NCBI GenBank assembly: GCA_963789955.1
Contig: CAWBMV010000014.1
Coordinates: forward strand, 1 to 64,000
Direction of reading: 5' to 3'
Length of the DNA stretch: 64,000 nucleotides
Source of the DNA: an uncultured Candidatus Rokubacteria bacterium
Lineage (GTDB): Bacteria > Methylomirabilota > Methylomirabilia > Rokubacteriales > CSP1-6
The notes beneath the pieces are model-generated. The model had not been told where the DNA came from. It saw only the letters and a program-made list of their open reading frames with translations, and made no database searches. The position numbers were made by a program, and so were the translations under genes. Positions 19,787-29,611 of the stretch are shown here, in pieces (position 1 is the first letter of the stretch; every line of letters begins with the position of its first letter).

Positions 19787-20001
19787 TCACAGAACCTTCG
19801 TCACGGCCGGGGCACGTGACGGTGAGGTCGTGGTGCTCGCTACGGCGTTGAGCGCGGCGGCGATCGCCTCGACCGACGCCTGAACTTGGTGGCCGAGCCC
19901 GTGCCGTTTTGCAAGCCAGCCTGGGTCATCGTCTCCCTTGGCCCGTAGCTGCTCCGTATCGTTGTCAATCCCTCGGCGGCTATTTCCGCAGTTTGAGACA
20001 T
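19787..20001 (-). pseudogene. internally deleted DUF302-family gene
   Basis: RBS plus MSQTAEIAAEGLTTIRSSYGPRETM joined out of frame to DPGWLAKRHGLG...AIAAALNAVA; central part missing. Confidence 0.7.
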
Positions 20002-20012
20002 CGCTTCTCCCC

Positions 20013-20330
20013 TCATTTGGAGCCCGGTGGGGTCTGGACCTGGACCGGAGGACCATGCTGGCTCGTGGTTCCCGGTGCGATCACCAGGTAGCGACGCTGT
20101 ACGCCCATTTCACCCCGCGCGATCTGTCGGATCGGTCCCAGGGCGTTGACGATCGCGGCCCCCGCCGCGTTGGTCGTAAAGGCTGCCAACGGTTCGAGGG
20201 CGCCGCCGCCATCCGGCTGAAGGGAGCATGCAAGCACGTACTGACGGTGCGGCTCGAGCCCGACCGCCGATACCTGCAGCACCTGAAGCAATCCCTGGTC
20301 GAAGAGCGCCACGCTGGTGAGACCAAAGTC
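20013..20330 (-). pseudogene. C-terminal remnant of YncE/YVTN beta-propeller family gene
   Basis: TSVALFDQGLLQVLQ...LEPLAAFTTNAAGAAIVNALGPIRQ...RRYLVI recalled as the C-terminal domain of that family; no upstream propeller. Confidence 0.55.
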
Positions 20331-20470
20331 CCAATTGCGGACTTCCGGGGCGGGGTAAGATTTGATCAACGACGGTTCAGCCAGCTTTCCGCTGGCACGG
20401 GCGCGGCAGTAGTACGGGGTTGCCCCAGCGACGCAGTCGGGCCGCTGGCGGCTGCGGAGGAGGCTACAGC

Positions 20471-21895
20471 ATGCGACACCGGGTCGTCCATCTCATCAAC
20501 CCCAAGACGGATTCGTTGACGACCAGGCCCCAGTACCTTAATCGAGCCCTCTATTCGCCGCTCGCGGGGTTGCTCGCCGTGGCCGGCGCCATTCCGCGCG
20601 ACCGGTACGAGGTCGTCCTCACTGACGAGAACATCGAGTCGATAGATTTCGACATCGAAGCCGACCTCGTCGGCATCTCGGCGATGACGTGCTACGTGAA
20701 TCGCGGCTACGAGATCGCGGATGCATTCAGGGCCCGCGGAATACCGGTCGTGATGGGCGGCGTGCACCCGAGCTTCATGCCGCGGGAGGCGCTGCAGCAC
20801 TGCGACGCGGTGGTGATAGGCGAGGTGGAGCTGGTGCTCGCCAAAGTGCTTGACGACCTCGAGCGCGGCGAGATGCGCGGTATCTACAAATCTGACCGAC
20901 TATTCCCGATGGAACACCTCCCGCTGCCCCGGTACGATCTCCTCAAGAAACATCGCTACGTCAACCGCACGTTCGTGCAGACTTCCCGAGGGTGTCATCA
21001 GGGGTGCACGTTCTGCGCCGAGCCCTTGATGAACGGCCTCAAGTTCCGCTACCGGCCGGTGGAAGAGGTCGTTCGCGAGGTCGAGATGTGCGGCTCGCGG
21101 ATGATCGCGCTCAACGACGCGGACTTCTTCGGCACGAAGGAGCGTCCGAAGGAGGTCATGCGCGCCCTCAAGGGGCGGGGCATTCGCTGGCAGGCCGGCG
21201 TGACTTCGAAGCTGGCCCAGGACGACTCGATGCTCGAGCTGGCCGCCGAAAGCGGCTGCACCATGCTGAGCATCGGCTTCGAGTCGATCACCCGCTCCGT
21301 TCTGACGAGCGTGCACAAGCACGTCAACCGGCCCGAGACATTTGCGTCACTCGTCGAGAAGGTACATTCCTACGGCATCATGGTGTTCGGGCTGTTCATG
21401 TTCGGCTTCGACGGGGACGACGCATCCGTATTCGAGACGACGGCGCGGTTCAACATCGAGGCCGACTACGACGCGTGTGCGTACTCCGCCCTCACGCCCT
21501 ACCCCGGGACACTCACGTGGTACGAGATGAAGAAGGCCGATCGCATCGTGACCTACGATTGGTCGAAGTACGACCAGGCCAACGTGGTCTTCAGGGCGGC
21601 AAAGATGACGGCCGACGAGCTCAGGCTCGGGCACGACGCGGCGTACGACACCTTCTACGCGCCCTCATCCCTGGTCCGGCGGTTCCCGTTCCGCGGCGGG
21701 CGCAGCCGGTTCCAGTGGTCGATCTACAATCTCTTCATGAAGAGGGGCGCAGCGACCGATCGCAAGGACACGCTCCCCGAGCCGACGGCAGCGCCCGACA
21801 TGGCGCCGATGCCACCTATCCTTCCGCTCAAGCGGGAATGGCGCGAAGCGGTCCTCGAGGCGTCCGGCCGCGCGGACACCGCAGCGGCCCGCTGA
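20471..21895 (+). CDS. B12-binding domain radical SAM protein
   Basis: DLVGISAMT, VMGGVHPS, QTSRGCHQGCTFC, GFES, TPYPGT. Confidence 0.92.
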   Translation: MRHRVVHLINPKTDSLTTRPQYLNRALYSPLAGLLAVAGAIPRDRYEVVLTDENIESIDFDIEADLVGISAMTCYVNRGYEIADAFRARGIPVVMGGVHPSFMPREALQHCDAVVIGEVELVLAKVLDDLERGEMRGIYKSDRLFPMEHLPLPRYDLLKKHRYVNRTFVQTSRGCHQGCTFCAEPLMNGLKFRYRPVEEVVREVEMCGSRMIALNDADFFGTKERPKEVMRALKGRGIRWQAGVTSKLAQDDSMLELAAESGCTMLSIGFESITRSVLTSVHKHVNRPETFASLVEKVHSYGIMVFGLFMFGFDGDDASVFETTARFNIEADYDACAYSALTPYPGTLTWYEMKKADRIVTYDWSKYDQANVVFRAAKMTADELRLGHDAAYDTFYAPSSLVRRFPFRGGRSRFQWSIYNLFMKRGAATDRKDTLPEPTAAPDMAPMPPILPLKREWREAVLEASGRADTAAAR

Positions 21896-21919
21896 GAACA
21901 GGATCGCCGGCGAGGATCC

Positions 21920-23143
21920 TCAGCTCGGCGCGGCGCCCTGCGTGGCGACGTACAGAGCGTAGAGCGACTGGCTCCCGCACATGAACAATCGGTTACGCTT
22001 GGGGCCGCCGAACGCGATGTTCGCGCACACCTCGGGCAGCCGAATGCGCCCGATGAGCTTCCCCTCCGGGGTCCACACGGTCACGCCGCTGTAGCCGAGA
22101 CCGCGTCCACCCGGATTGCCGTTGCTCGACACCCAGACGTTGCCGTCGATGTCACAGCGGGCGCCGTCGGGCCCGCACTTGATGCCGTCGACCATGAAAT
22201 CGCTGAAGAGCTTCTGGTTCGACAGCTTGTTGTCCGCTCCGACGTCGAACACGTGCATGTCTCGCTTGCCGCCCGGGCCCTTGTCTCCGGGGCCGGGGCC
22301 GGTGCTGATGACATAGAGCTTCTTGTAGTCGGGCGAAAAGGTCAGGCCATTCGGGTTGGGCAGTTGGTGTTCGCTGACCACCTGGTCGAGACGACCGCTC
22401 GGGTCGACGCGATACACGGCCGTGGGCAGCTCGCGCTTGAGGTTCGCGACCTCGGGCGGTTGTCCGAGCCGATGCTTGAAACGTCCCATCGGATTGCTCG
22501 GCCCACCGGGCGCGTCGGGTGTGCCTTCGTACAGCTGGCCGCCATACGGTGGATCGGTGAACCAGTAGCTCCCGTCGGGATGCGGCACGATGTCGTTCGG
22601 TGAGTTGAGCCGCCTGCCCTGGTACGAGTCAGCGATGATCGTGATCGCGCCGTCGTGCTCGTATCGGACGACGCGCCGGGTCAGGTGCTCGCAGGAGAGC
22701 TGGCGGCCCTGGAAGTCGAACGTGTTGCCGTTGCTGTTGTTCGACGGCGTGCGGAACACCTTCACGCTCCCGTCGTCCTCGAGCCAGCGCAGCTGCCGAT
22801 TGTTGGGGATGTCGCTCCAGACGAGATAGCGTCCCTGCCCGCACCACGCTGGGCCCTCCGACCAGAGCGCCCCTGTCCACAACCGCTTGATCGGCGTGTT
22901 GCCCTGCCGGTAACGGTTGAACAGCGGATCGATCGTGATCACGTCGGGATCGACGTACGTGGTCGGGTTCGCGTCAGGCGACCAGTCGCGCGGCGGTGTG
23001 GTGATCGTGCTCGACGGCTCGGCTGGTTTGCCGGCCGGGGGCGCCTGCGCCCTCACGACGCTGGGCGCGAATGCCGTGGCTCCCGCGAGCACCCCTGCTG
23101 CGCCAACGAATTTTCGCCGCGTGATCTGGCTATCAGTGCCCAT
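21920..23143 (-). CDS. SMP-30/gluconolactonase family protein, Tat-exported
   Basis: TRRKFV Tat motif; WSEGPAW, LNSPND, PNGL.FSPD, PDG..CD.DGN. Confidence 0.92.
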   Translation of the reverse strand: MGTDSQITRRKFVGAAGVLAGATAFAPSVVRAQAPPAGKPAEPSSTITTPPRDWSPDANPTTYVDPDVITIDPLFNRYRQGNTPIKRLWTGALWSEGPAWCGQGRYLVWSDIPNNRQLRWLEDDGSVKVFRTPSNNSNGNTFDFQGRQLSCEHLTRRVVRYEHDGAITIIADSYQGRRLNSPNDIVPHPDGSYWFTDPPYGGQLYEGTPDAPGGPSNPMGRFKHRLGQPPEVANLKRELPTAVYRVDPSGRLDQVVSEHQLPNPNGLTFSPDYKKLYVISTGPGPGDKGPGGKRDMHVFDVGADNKLSNQKLFSDFMVDGIKCGPDGARCDIDGNVWVSSNGNPGGRGLGYSGVTVWTPEGKLIGRIRLPEVCANIAFGGPKRNRLFMCGSQSLYALYVATQGAAPS

Positions 23144-23301
23144 GGCGGTCCTCCCTGACCGAAGAGACATGGCCGCTGCTCCCGGCGCTGCGCTTCACGA
23201 CGAAAACCGTATCAAAGGGGCTGGTCGAGTCCGCAAGGAATAGTGGAGACCTGCTGCGGAGAGATACCGGGGTACCGCTGCGTCGAGCCCTGCTGGAACG
23301 T

Positions 23302-23353
23302 CGACGGCTCCGCGCACGGCGCGCCGCCAGGGGCGCGCCGCGCGGAACCGTCG
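23302..23353. repeat. long GC-rich inverted repeat (possible terminator or RNA stabilising hairpin)
   Basis: CGACGG..CCGCG..CGGCGCGCC / GGCGCGCCG.CGCGG..CCGTCG just after the CoA-transferase stop; no U-tract. Confidence 0.45.
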
Positions 23354-23365
23354 CAGCAGCTACTA

Positions 23366-24580
23366 CTAGATGACGTCCTTGGCCTTGAGATCCTCGAGCT
23401 CGCCCGCAGTCAAGCCGAGCCACTCGGTATAGATCGCGGCATTGTGTTCGCCGAGCAGCGGTGAGCGGTCCACCGCGACGTGCGAGTCGGACATCTTCAC
23501 CGGCCACCCGGGCAAGGTGAACTTGCCGCGCTTGGGGTGGTCGACGGTCACGATCATCTCGCGCTTCTGCAGCGCGGGATCCTGCGTGATCTCCATCGTG
23601 TCGTAGACGGCTCCGGCGGGGACGCCGGCGTCGCCGAGGATCTGCATGACCTCGGCCTTGGCGCGGCTCTGGGTGAACTCGTTGAGGATGCGATCGACCT
23701 CGTCGTGGTTGGCCCAGCGCTTCTCGGGCGAGTTGAAGCGCTCGTCGCCGATCAGGTCGGCGCGGCCGATGGCCTTCAGCAGCCGGTCCCAGTGCCGGTT
23801 GCCCGCGCGCGTCGTATAGATGAAGCAGAAGTCGTTGAGCCCTCCGCCCTTGCACTTGTAGAGGCCGCTGGGCGCCGTCGTGCCGAGCGCGCTGCGATTG
23901 CCCGAGCGCACCGCCGCCTTACCGCTGGCGGCCTGGCGTGCGAACGCGATGCGGCTGAAGTTGATCACGGCATCCTGCATGGCCACTTTGATGTGCTGGC
24001 CCCGGCCGGTGCGCTCGCGCTGGTGCAGAGCGGCCAGGATGCCGATGGCGCAGTGCAGCCCGGTGCCCGTATCGCCGATGGTCGGTCCGGGCTTGAGGGG
24101 CTCGGTCTCCGTCGTGCCCGTCAAGCTGAGGGCTCCGCCCACGGACTGAGCGATCATGTCGAAGCTCACGTAGTTTTCGTAGGGGCCGTCGCCGAACCCC
24201 TTGACCTGCGCGTAGATGAGCCGGGGATTGATCTGCCGGACCACGTCGTAGCCGAAGCCCAGCCGCTCGATCGCGCCCGGGGCAAAGTTCTCGATCATGA
24301 CGTCGGCCTTCTTCAACATCTCCGTGAAGATCTCGCGGCCGCGCGGGGTGCTGAGGTTCAGGGTGACGCTGCGCTTGTTGGCGTTGAGCAGCATGAAATA
24401 GTGTGAGTCCACCCCCGGCTTGTCGGTGGACGCCCCGCGCCCTTGGTCGCCGCCCTTGGGGTTCTCCACTTTGATGACATTGGCCCCGAGCCATGCGAGC
24501 GCCTCGGTGCACGAGGTTCCGGCCTCGAACTGGGTGAGATCGAGGACTTTCACGTCCTCCAGCGCGGTCTTCTGTGGCAT
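23366..24580 (-). CDS. CoA-transferase family III (formyl-CoA transferase-like, CaiB/BaiF)
   Basis: VLDLTQFEAG, N.NKRS.TLN, ENF.PG, INPRLIYA..KGFG, GDTGTG, PLLGEHN. Confidence 0.92.
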   Translation of the reverse strand: MPQKTALEDVKVLDLTQFEAGTSCTEALAWLGANVIKVENPKGGDQGRGASTDKPGVDSHYFMLLNANKRSVTLNLSTPRGREIFTEMLKKADVMIENFAPGAIERLGFGYDVVRQINPRLIYAQVKGFGDGPYENYVSFDMIAQSVGGALSLTGTTETEPLKPGPTIGDTGTGLHCAIGILAALHQRERTGRGQHIKVAMQDAVINFSRIAFARQAASGKAAVRSGNRSALGTTAPSGLYKCKGGGLNDFCFIYTTRAGNRHWDRLLKAIGRADLIGDERFNSPEKRWANHDEVDRILNEFTQSRAKAEVMQILGDAGVPAGAVYDTMEITQDPALQKREMIVTVDHPKRGKFTLPGWPVKMSDSHVAVDRSPLLGEHNAAIYTEWLGLTAGELEDLKAKDVI

Positions 24581-24669
24581 GGGTCAGCTCTCCTGTCTGC
24601 GCGGACGGTCAGGCCGCGCGCGCACTATCTTAGTCCGAGACGCGTTCAACGTCACGCCAGCCGCCCGTG

Positions 24670-25533
24670 TCAACAACCCTCGAGAGCGCTCGCGCTGGCC
24701 ACGATGACCTTCGTCCCGTCAGCCTTCTCACAGAAGACCGTGACCTCCGCGCGCGTCTGGCCGCCCTCCACGCGCCGGCCCGTGATGATCCCCCGCGTGG
24801 TGAAGGGCTCGTTCGGCCACAACACGTTCGTGAACTTCACGTCCAGGCGGCCGCCTAGGTAGAAGCCGCGGCCGAAATGCCGGGTCAGAAGCTCGGTGAC
24901 GCACGAGATCGTCATGCGGCCGCCGATCACCGTGTTGCCGAAGCCGAGCTCTTTCGAGGCGGCCTTGTCGTTGTGATAGTTCCGGCTGCGGTAGAAGAAC
25001 TCGTCACACATCGCGTCCGTGAATGTCTTGCGGAGCTCGACCGACAGCGGCTCCCCGGACGGCTCGCCCCCTTGTCGGGCACCTTCCTTGCTCGCCGGAT
25101 CGCGCAAGGCGACCTCGCCGCTGGTCTGCTCCGCCATGAAGCTCTGGTGATGGACGCTGCGCGCGATCAGCTGCCCGGCCTCGTCGCGCACCGACATCTC
25201 CTGCGCGACGACGTCGCGGTCGCGCCTCCGGTAGCGGTCGGCCACCCGCGCCGTGCAGCGCAGGACCTGCCCGACGCGCGTCGGCGCATAGATCTCCCAC
25301 TCCTGACGCCGCCAGAGGTTTCCGAAGAGGTTGTCGAGGTACCAGCCCTTGAACTCGCTGTCCGCCTGCTGATAGATGATCGCCGGAGCCACCGGTCCGC
25401 CAAAGGGCGACGTCGCCGTATACCAGGGGTTCGACTCGTCGAGCCCTTTGATGTAGTGCTGAACCATCTCGTCGGTGATCGTGAGCTCGAGCGTGCCGAG
25501 GTCCTTGCCGGGGTACACATCCGTCGTCGCCAT
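24670..25533 (-). CDS. MaoC-like double hotdog dehydratase
   Basis: SPFGGPVAP N-domain; NYHND......GF....IGG and LDVKF..V C-domain. Confidence 0.8.
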   Translation of the reverse strand: MATTDVYPGKDLGTLELTITDEMVQHYIKGLDESNPWYTATSPFGGPVAPAIIYQQADSEFKGWYLDNLFGNLWRRQEWEIYAPTRVGQVLRCTARVADRYRRRDRDVVAQEMSVRDEAGQLIARSVHHQSFMAEQTSGEVALRDPASKEGARQGGEPSGEPLSVELRKTFTDAMCDEFFYRSRNYHNDKAASKELGFGNTVIGGRMTISCVTELLTRHFGRGFYLGGRLDVKFTNVLWPNEPFTTRGIITGRRVEGGQTRAEVTVFCEKADGTKVIVASASALEGC

Positions 25534-25704
25534 GAGTGCGACCTCCTGGTCATGTTCTTGCCGCTGCGCCCCTCTGATACCGCAAGCGCACGACGTCGGC
25601 AAGCCTCTACCCTCTCCTAAGGGCTTATTGACGGGCCCTGAACCCCGGGCTAGTGTCGCCCGGGCCGGTTTCAATGACGTGCGCCGCTCAGAGGAGGAAC
25701 CGAG

Positions 25705-26832
25705 ATGCAGCCTGACTACGAATTCGAAAAGCGGATCGCGTCCCGCCTTCTCGATGTCTTGATTCGGGCCGGTTTGATCGGTGTCATGGCGGCGCTTTGC
25801 TACGTCATCTTTGCGCCGTTCCTGACGCTGATGGTCTGGGCGCTCATCCTGGCGGTCACGCTCTACCCGTTACATCGATCGATCGCGCGCAAGATCGGCG
25901 GAAGACAGGGCCTCGCCGCGACGATTGTGGTAGTCGTTGGCGGCCTGCTCATCGTGACCCCGGCCGCGTTACTGATGAATTCGTTCGGAAGCTCCATTTA
26001 CGATTTTGTCAGGGCCGTGCAGAACAACACCCTGGTAATACCCGCTCCGCCAGCAGGTGTAGAAGAATGGCCGGTCGTCGGGAAGAAGCTCAACGGTGTC
26101 TGGTCAAGGGCACATTCCGATTTACCCGGCCTGGTCGAGAGCATGCAGCCGAAGATCGGCGAGCTGGCCAAGAAGGCGCTGGCCATCGTCGCGAGCATTG
26201 GCGTCGGGATGCTGCAGTTCATGGCGTCCTTCATCGTAGCCGGCATCTTGATGGCGTACGGCGAAGCGGGTGCGCGCGGTAGCCGGTCGATTTTCGGGCG
26301 TATCGCCGGCAGCGAACGAGGCGAGGCTTTTGCCAAGCTCTCCACCGCGACCATCCGTGCCGTCGCTCAGGGGGTCATCGGCATCGCCTTCGTTCAGGCG
26401 ACCCTCGTCGGCCTGGCCCTGCTGGTCGCCCACGTACCGTGGGCGGGTGTCCTGGCGGTGATCACGCTCGTGTTGAGCGTCGCTCAAGTGCCGGCGCTGA
26501 TCGTCATCTTGCCGGCGATCGCGTACATCTGGTCGAGCGGCCACTACGGCAGCGGCGCCGCCATCGCGTACACGATCCTCTTGTTGGTCTCGGGGATGGC
26601 CGACAACATCTTGAAGCCGCTGATGTTGGGTCGCGGGGTCGATGCACCGATGCCGGTCATCTTGCTCGGGGCTTTGGGCGGAATGGCGACCGGCGGAATC
26701 CTGGGAATGTTCGTGGGCGCCACGCTCCTGGCGCTCGGCTATCAGATTTTCATGGGTTGGGTCGCCACCAATCCAGATTCGAGTGAGGCTGCTCCGCCTT
26801 CAGCCACCGCTACTCCCTCCTCGCGTGGCTAA
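25705..26832 (+). CDS. AI-2E family transporter
   Basis: DNILKPLMLGRG...PMPVILLGALGG...G.LG.F.G motif; multi-TM. Confidence 0.92.
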   Translation: MQPDYEFEKRIASRLLDVLIRAGLIGVMAALCYVIFAPFLTLMVWALILAVTLYPLHRSIARKIGGRQGLAATIVVVVGGLLIVTPAALLMNSFGSSIYDFVRAVQNNTLVIPAPPAGVEEWPVVGKKLNGVWSRAHSDLPGLVESMQPKIGELAKKALAIVASIGVGMLQFMASFIVAGILMAYGEAGARGSRSIFGRIAGSERGEAFAKLSTATIRAVAQGVIGIAFVQATLVGLALLVAHVPWAGVLAVITLVLSVAQVPALIVILPAIAYIWSSGHYGSGAAIAYTILLLVSGMADNILKPLMLGRGVDAPMPVILLGALGGMATGGILGMFVGATLLALGYQIFMGWVATNPDSSEAAPPSATATPSSRG

Positions 26833-27251
26833 GGGCTGGGCCAGAGCTTTACCGTCAAGATGCTGTTGTCGGATAGGGTCGCCTCGACGTTCATGAGGCG
26901 GTCGCCCGCGGGGTTCTTCAACAGCGTTGCCACGCCGCGCCCCTTCTCGCCCTCGATGACAAGGCGTCCGTTGCTGACCACCATCGTGCCCTTTCCGCGG
27001 GACGTGCCGAGCGGCTGGGCGGACACGAGGTCGTACGAGCCGTCCTCCCGGATCGTCAGCACGACCTGTTCCGGCTCGGAGCCGGACCGGTACACGATGC
27101 CCTTCCATGTACCGGCAACGGATTTGACGTCGGACACCACGACAGGGGTGACCGGGCCGGCGCTGGCGCACCCGATCAGCGAGGCCGCGAATCCGACGAT
27201 GACGGTGGTGGTCAGAGCGGTCCACAGCGATCGAGCGCGATTGGATGTCAT
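26829..27251 (-). CDS. hypothetical lipoprotein
   Basis: lipobox LIGC; VAGTWKG beta-barrel-like start; GGAGAGG RBS. Confidence 0.7.
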   Translation of the reverse strand: MTSNRARSLWTALTTTVIVGFAASLIGCASAGPVTPVVVSDVKSVAGTWKGIVYRSGSEPEQVVLTIREDGSYDLVSAQPLGTSRGKGTMVVSNGRLVIEGEKGRGVATLLKNPAGDRLMNVEATLSDNSILTVKLWPSP

Positions 27252-27359
27252 CGCCCCTCTCCTCTTGTCCGAATGAACAGCTGACTAGACCTTGACGTCA
27301 ATTGAGCCACCCGACCTCTGATCACGGATTGTAGCGCACCCCGGTCGGCTCCACTGCTG

Positions 27360-27575
27360 CAACTGCCTTCTGATGCCGCAACGCACGACATCGGCAAGAG
27401 TCTCGCGGTCGTCCTTGACGAACGAGCGCGCCGTTGGCGGGTTGGCGACCTGCTGATGTGGGACGAGCCCGCGACGATGCACCGCGGCGCCGGCGACTGC
27501 CGACCCGATGAGCGTCGTATCTTGCTACGCACGATCGTCTACTCCAGCGAGGACCCTGATTTCCTCTCTTCCTAG
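27360..27575 (+). pseudogene. C-terminal remnant of TauD/TfdA dioxygenase
   Basis: RWRVGDLLMWDEPATMHRGAGD...ERRILLRTIV matches the TauD W..GD...WDN....H......R...R motif; no start or HxD motif. Confidence 0.7.
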
Positions 27576-29581
27576 GTTCCGGTGATGAGGGTCGAGAGCA
27601 GGCTCTGCAACACTGGCTTCACCAGGTGGGCATCGAATCCCGCCTCTGTCGACCGCCGGCGATCCTCGGCCTGACCGTATCCAGTCACCGCGATAAGCAC
27701 GGCCGACTTGCCGGCCGGGCCCGCGCGGACCGCGCGCGCGACCTCGTAGCCGTCCAACCCCGGCAGCCCCAGATCGATCAGTACCACTTCAGGCTGGTGC
27801 TTCAGCGCCAGCGCGACCCCCTGAGGACCGTCGGCCGCCGCGAGCACGCGATGCCCGAGCGACTCCAGCAGCAGCCGCAGCGACTCGCGAGCGTCGTCGT
27901 TGTCCTCGACGATCAGAATGGTTCGCGCGCGATTCGGAGTGGGTACGGCTGGGGCTGGGGGCGGCGTGCCCGTCGCCTCTACCGGCAGCCGCACGGTGAA
28001 TTGCGCCCCGAGCCCGTGGCCCTCGCTGGCGGCCGCGATCGACCCGCCGTGCATCTCCACCAGACGTCGGCTGAGGGCGAGCCCGATGCCGAGCCCGCCG
28101 ACGGACCGGTCGAGTGGCTGCTCGGCCTGGGCGAACAGATCGAAAACCCGCGGCAGCATCTCCGGATCGATGCCGATCCCGTTATCGCTCACGCGAATCA
28201 CGCCCTCCAGCCCGTCTCGCCGGACATCGACGTCCACCGAGCCGCCGCTGGGTGTGAATTTCACCGCGTTGTCCAGCAGGTTGGTGATGATCTGCGCCAG
28301 TCGAGTGGGGTCGGCATTCACGATCACCGACTCGACACGGAACCTCACCTGGCGCCGGTGGGCGCGACCGCCTTCCCGCAGTGAGCGGACGCAGGCGCCG
28401 GCGACATCTCCCAGGTCGACGGGATGACGGGTGAGCGCGATTTTCCCGGTCGTCGCCCGCGCCACGTCCAGCAGGTCGTCGACCAGACGCGTGAGGTGGT
28501 GGGTCTGGCGATGGATGATCTGTCGAAGCTGCACCGCTCTGTCCTCACCGACCCCATCGTGGTCCAGCGCCGTCACGGCGTTGACGATCGCTCCGAGCGG
28601 GTTGCGCAGCTCATGAGACAGCGTGGCGAGAAATTCGTCCTTGGCACGATTGGCATCCGCCGCCTCGCGATAGAGCTGGGCGTTCTCGAGGAAGATACCC
28701 GCGAGGTCGCTGATACCCTGGACCAGACTGATTTCCCACTCCGTGACCGACCGCCGCGCCGTCCACCAGATCACGAAGAAGCCGCCGACCGGCCGGTCCT
28801 TGACGCGGATCGGGACGAAGAGGTCGGACTGGTGCGGGAAGTGCCGAAACGTCTCCGGATCGACGCGCGGGTCGCGTGGCATGTCGTCGGTCCACACCGC
28901 GCGCCGGTGAACCCACGCCTCCTCGATTGCCCGGTGGCCTTTGATCGGAATCGGAATCCGCCGAAACGAATCGAGCATGTCGAGGGGCACGCGATAGCCT
29001 GCCGTTGGCCACAGGCTGACGCGCGACGGGTCGGCGAGGTAGGCGCCGACCATATCCGCGCCGAGCGCCAGAGCGATTTCTCGCGCGACTCGCCGCATGG
29101 TTTCCGTAGGGTCCCGCGTCGCGCTCAACGCGCGACTCACGGCGAGCAGTGTCTCTGTCTCGCGCAAGCGCAGCTGCTCTCGCCTCTGCAACTCTGACCG
29201 CTCCGCCTCTGCCAGTTTACGGCCGGCGATATCCCGCAGGATGGCGAGGTGGCGACCGGCTACGAACCGCGCCGTCGCACTGTACTCGACGTGCCTTACC
29301 TCACCGTCGGGGCGAATCATGCGCAGCTCTCCGGCCTGCTCGCCGGAGTGGAGAAAGCTCTGCCACGCTGTTTCGAGATTCACGCCGGGCTCGAGGAAGT
29401 CATCGAAGCAACGGCCGAGCAGATCGGGCGCGGACACACCAAGCAGTCGGCAGGCGGCAGGATTGACGTCAACGAACGTCCGCGCGTCGTCGACGACGAT
29501 CACGGCGTCGCGGGCAGCCGCGAGGAGCGCCTCGAACTGTTGCTGGCTGGACACCCAGACTAGAGCTACTGCCGCCTCCAT
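27572..29581 (-). CDS. hybrid sensor histidine kinase (PAS-GAF-HisKA-HATPase-REC)
   Basis: KDEFLATLSHELRNPL, NLLDNA.KFT, GGLGIGL, receiver VEDN...IDLGLPGLDGY...KP. Confidence 0.95.
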   Translation of the reverse strand: MEAAVALVWVSSQQQFEALLAAARDAVIVVDDARTFVDVNPAACRLLGVSAPDLLGRCFDDFLEPGVNLETAWQSFLHSGEQAGELRMIRPDGEVRHVEYSATARFVAGRHLAILRDIAGRKLAEAERSELQRREQLRLRETETLLAVSRALSATRDPTETMRRVAREIALALGADMVGAYLADPSRVSLWPTAGYRVPLDMLDSFRRIPIPIKGHRAIEEAWVHRRAVWTDDMPRDPRVDPETFRHFPHQSDLFVPIRVKDRPVGGFFVIWWTARRSVTEWEISLVQGISDLAGIFLENAQLYREAADANRAKDEFLATLSHELRNPLGAIVNAVTALDHDGVGEDRAVQLRQIIHRQTHHLTRLVDDLLDVARATTGKIALTRHPVDLGDVAGACVRSLREGGRAHRRQVRFRVESVIVNADPTRLAQIITNLLDNAVKFTPSGGSVDVDVRRDGLEGVIRVSDNGIGIDPEMLPRVFDLFAQAEQPLDRSVGGLGIGLALSRRLVEMHGGSIAAASEGHGLGAQFTVRLPVEATGTPPPAPAVPTPNRARTILIVEDNDDARESLRLLLESLGHRVLAAADGPQGVALALKHQPEVVLIDLGLPGLDGYEVARAVRAGPAGKSAVLIAVTGYGQAEDRRRSTEAGFDAHLVKPVLQSLLSTLITGT

Positions 29582-29611
29582 CGACAGTCAAGGCGACCTA
29601 AGGCGTAAGCG

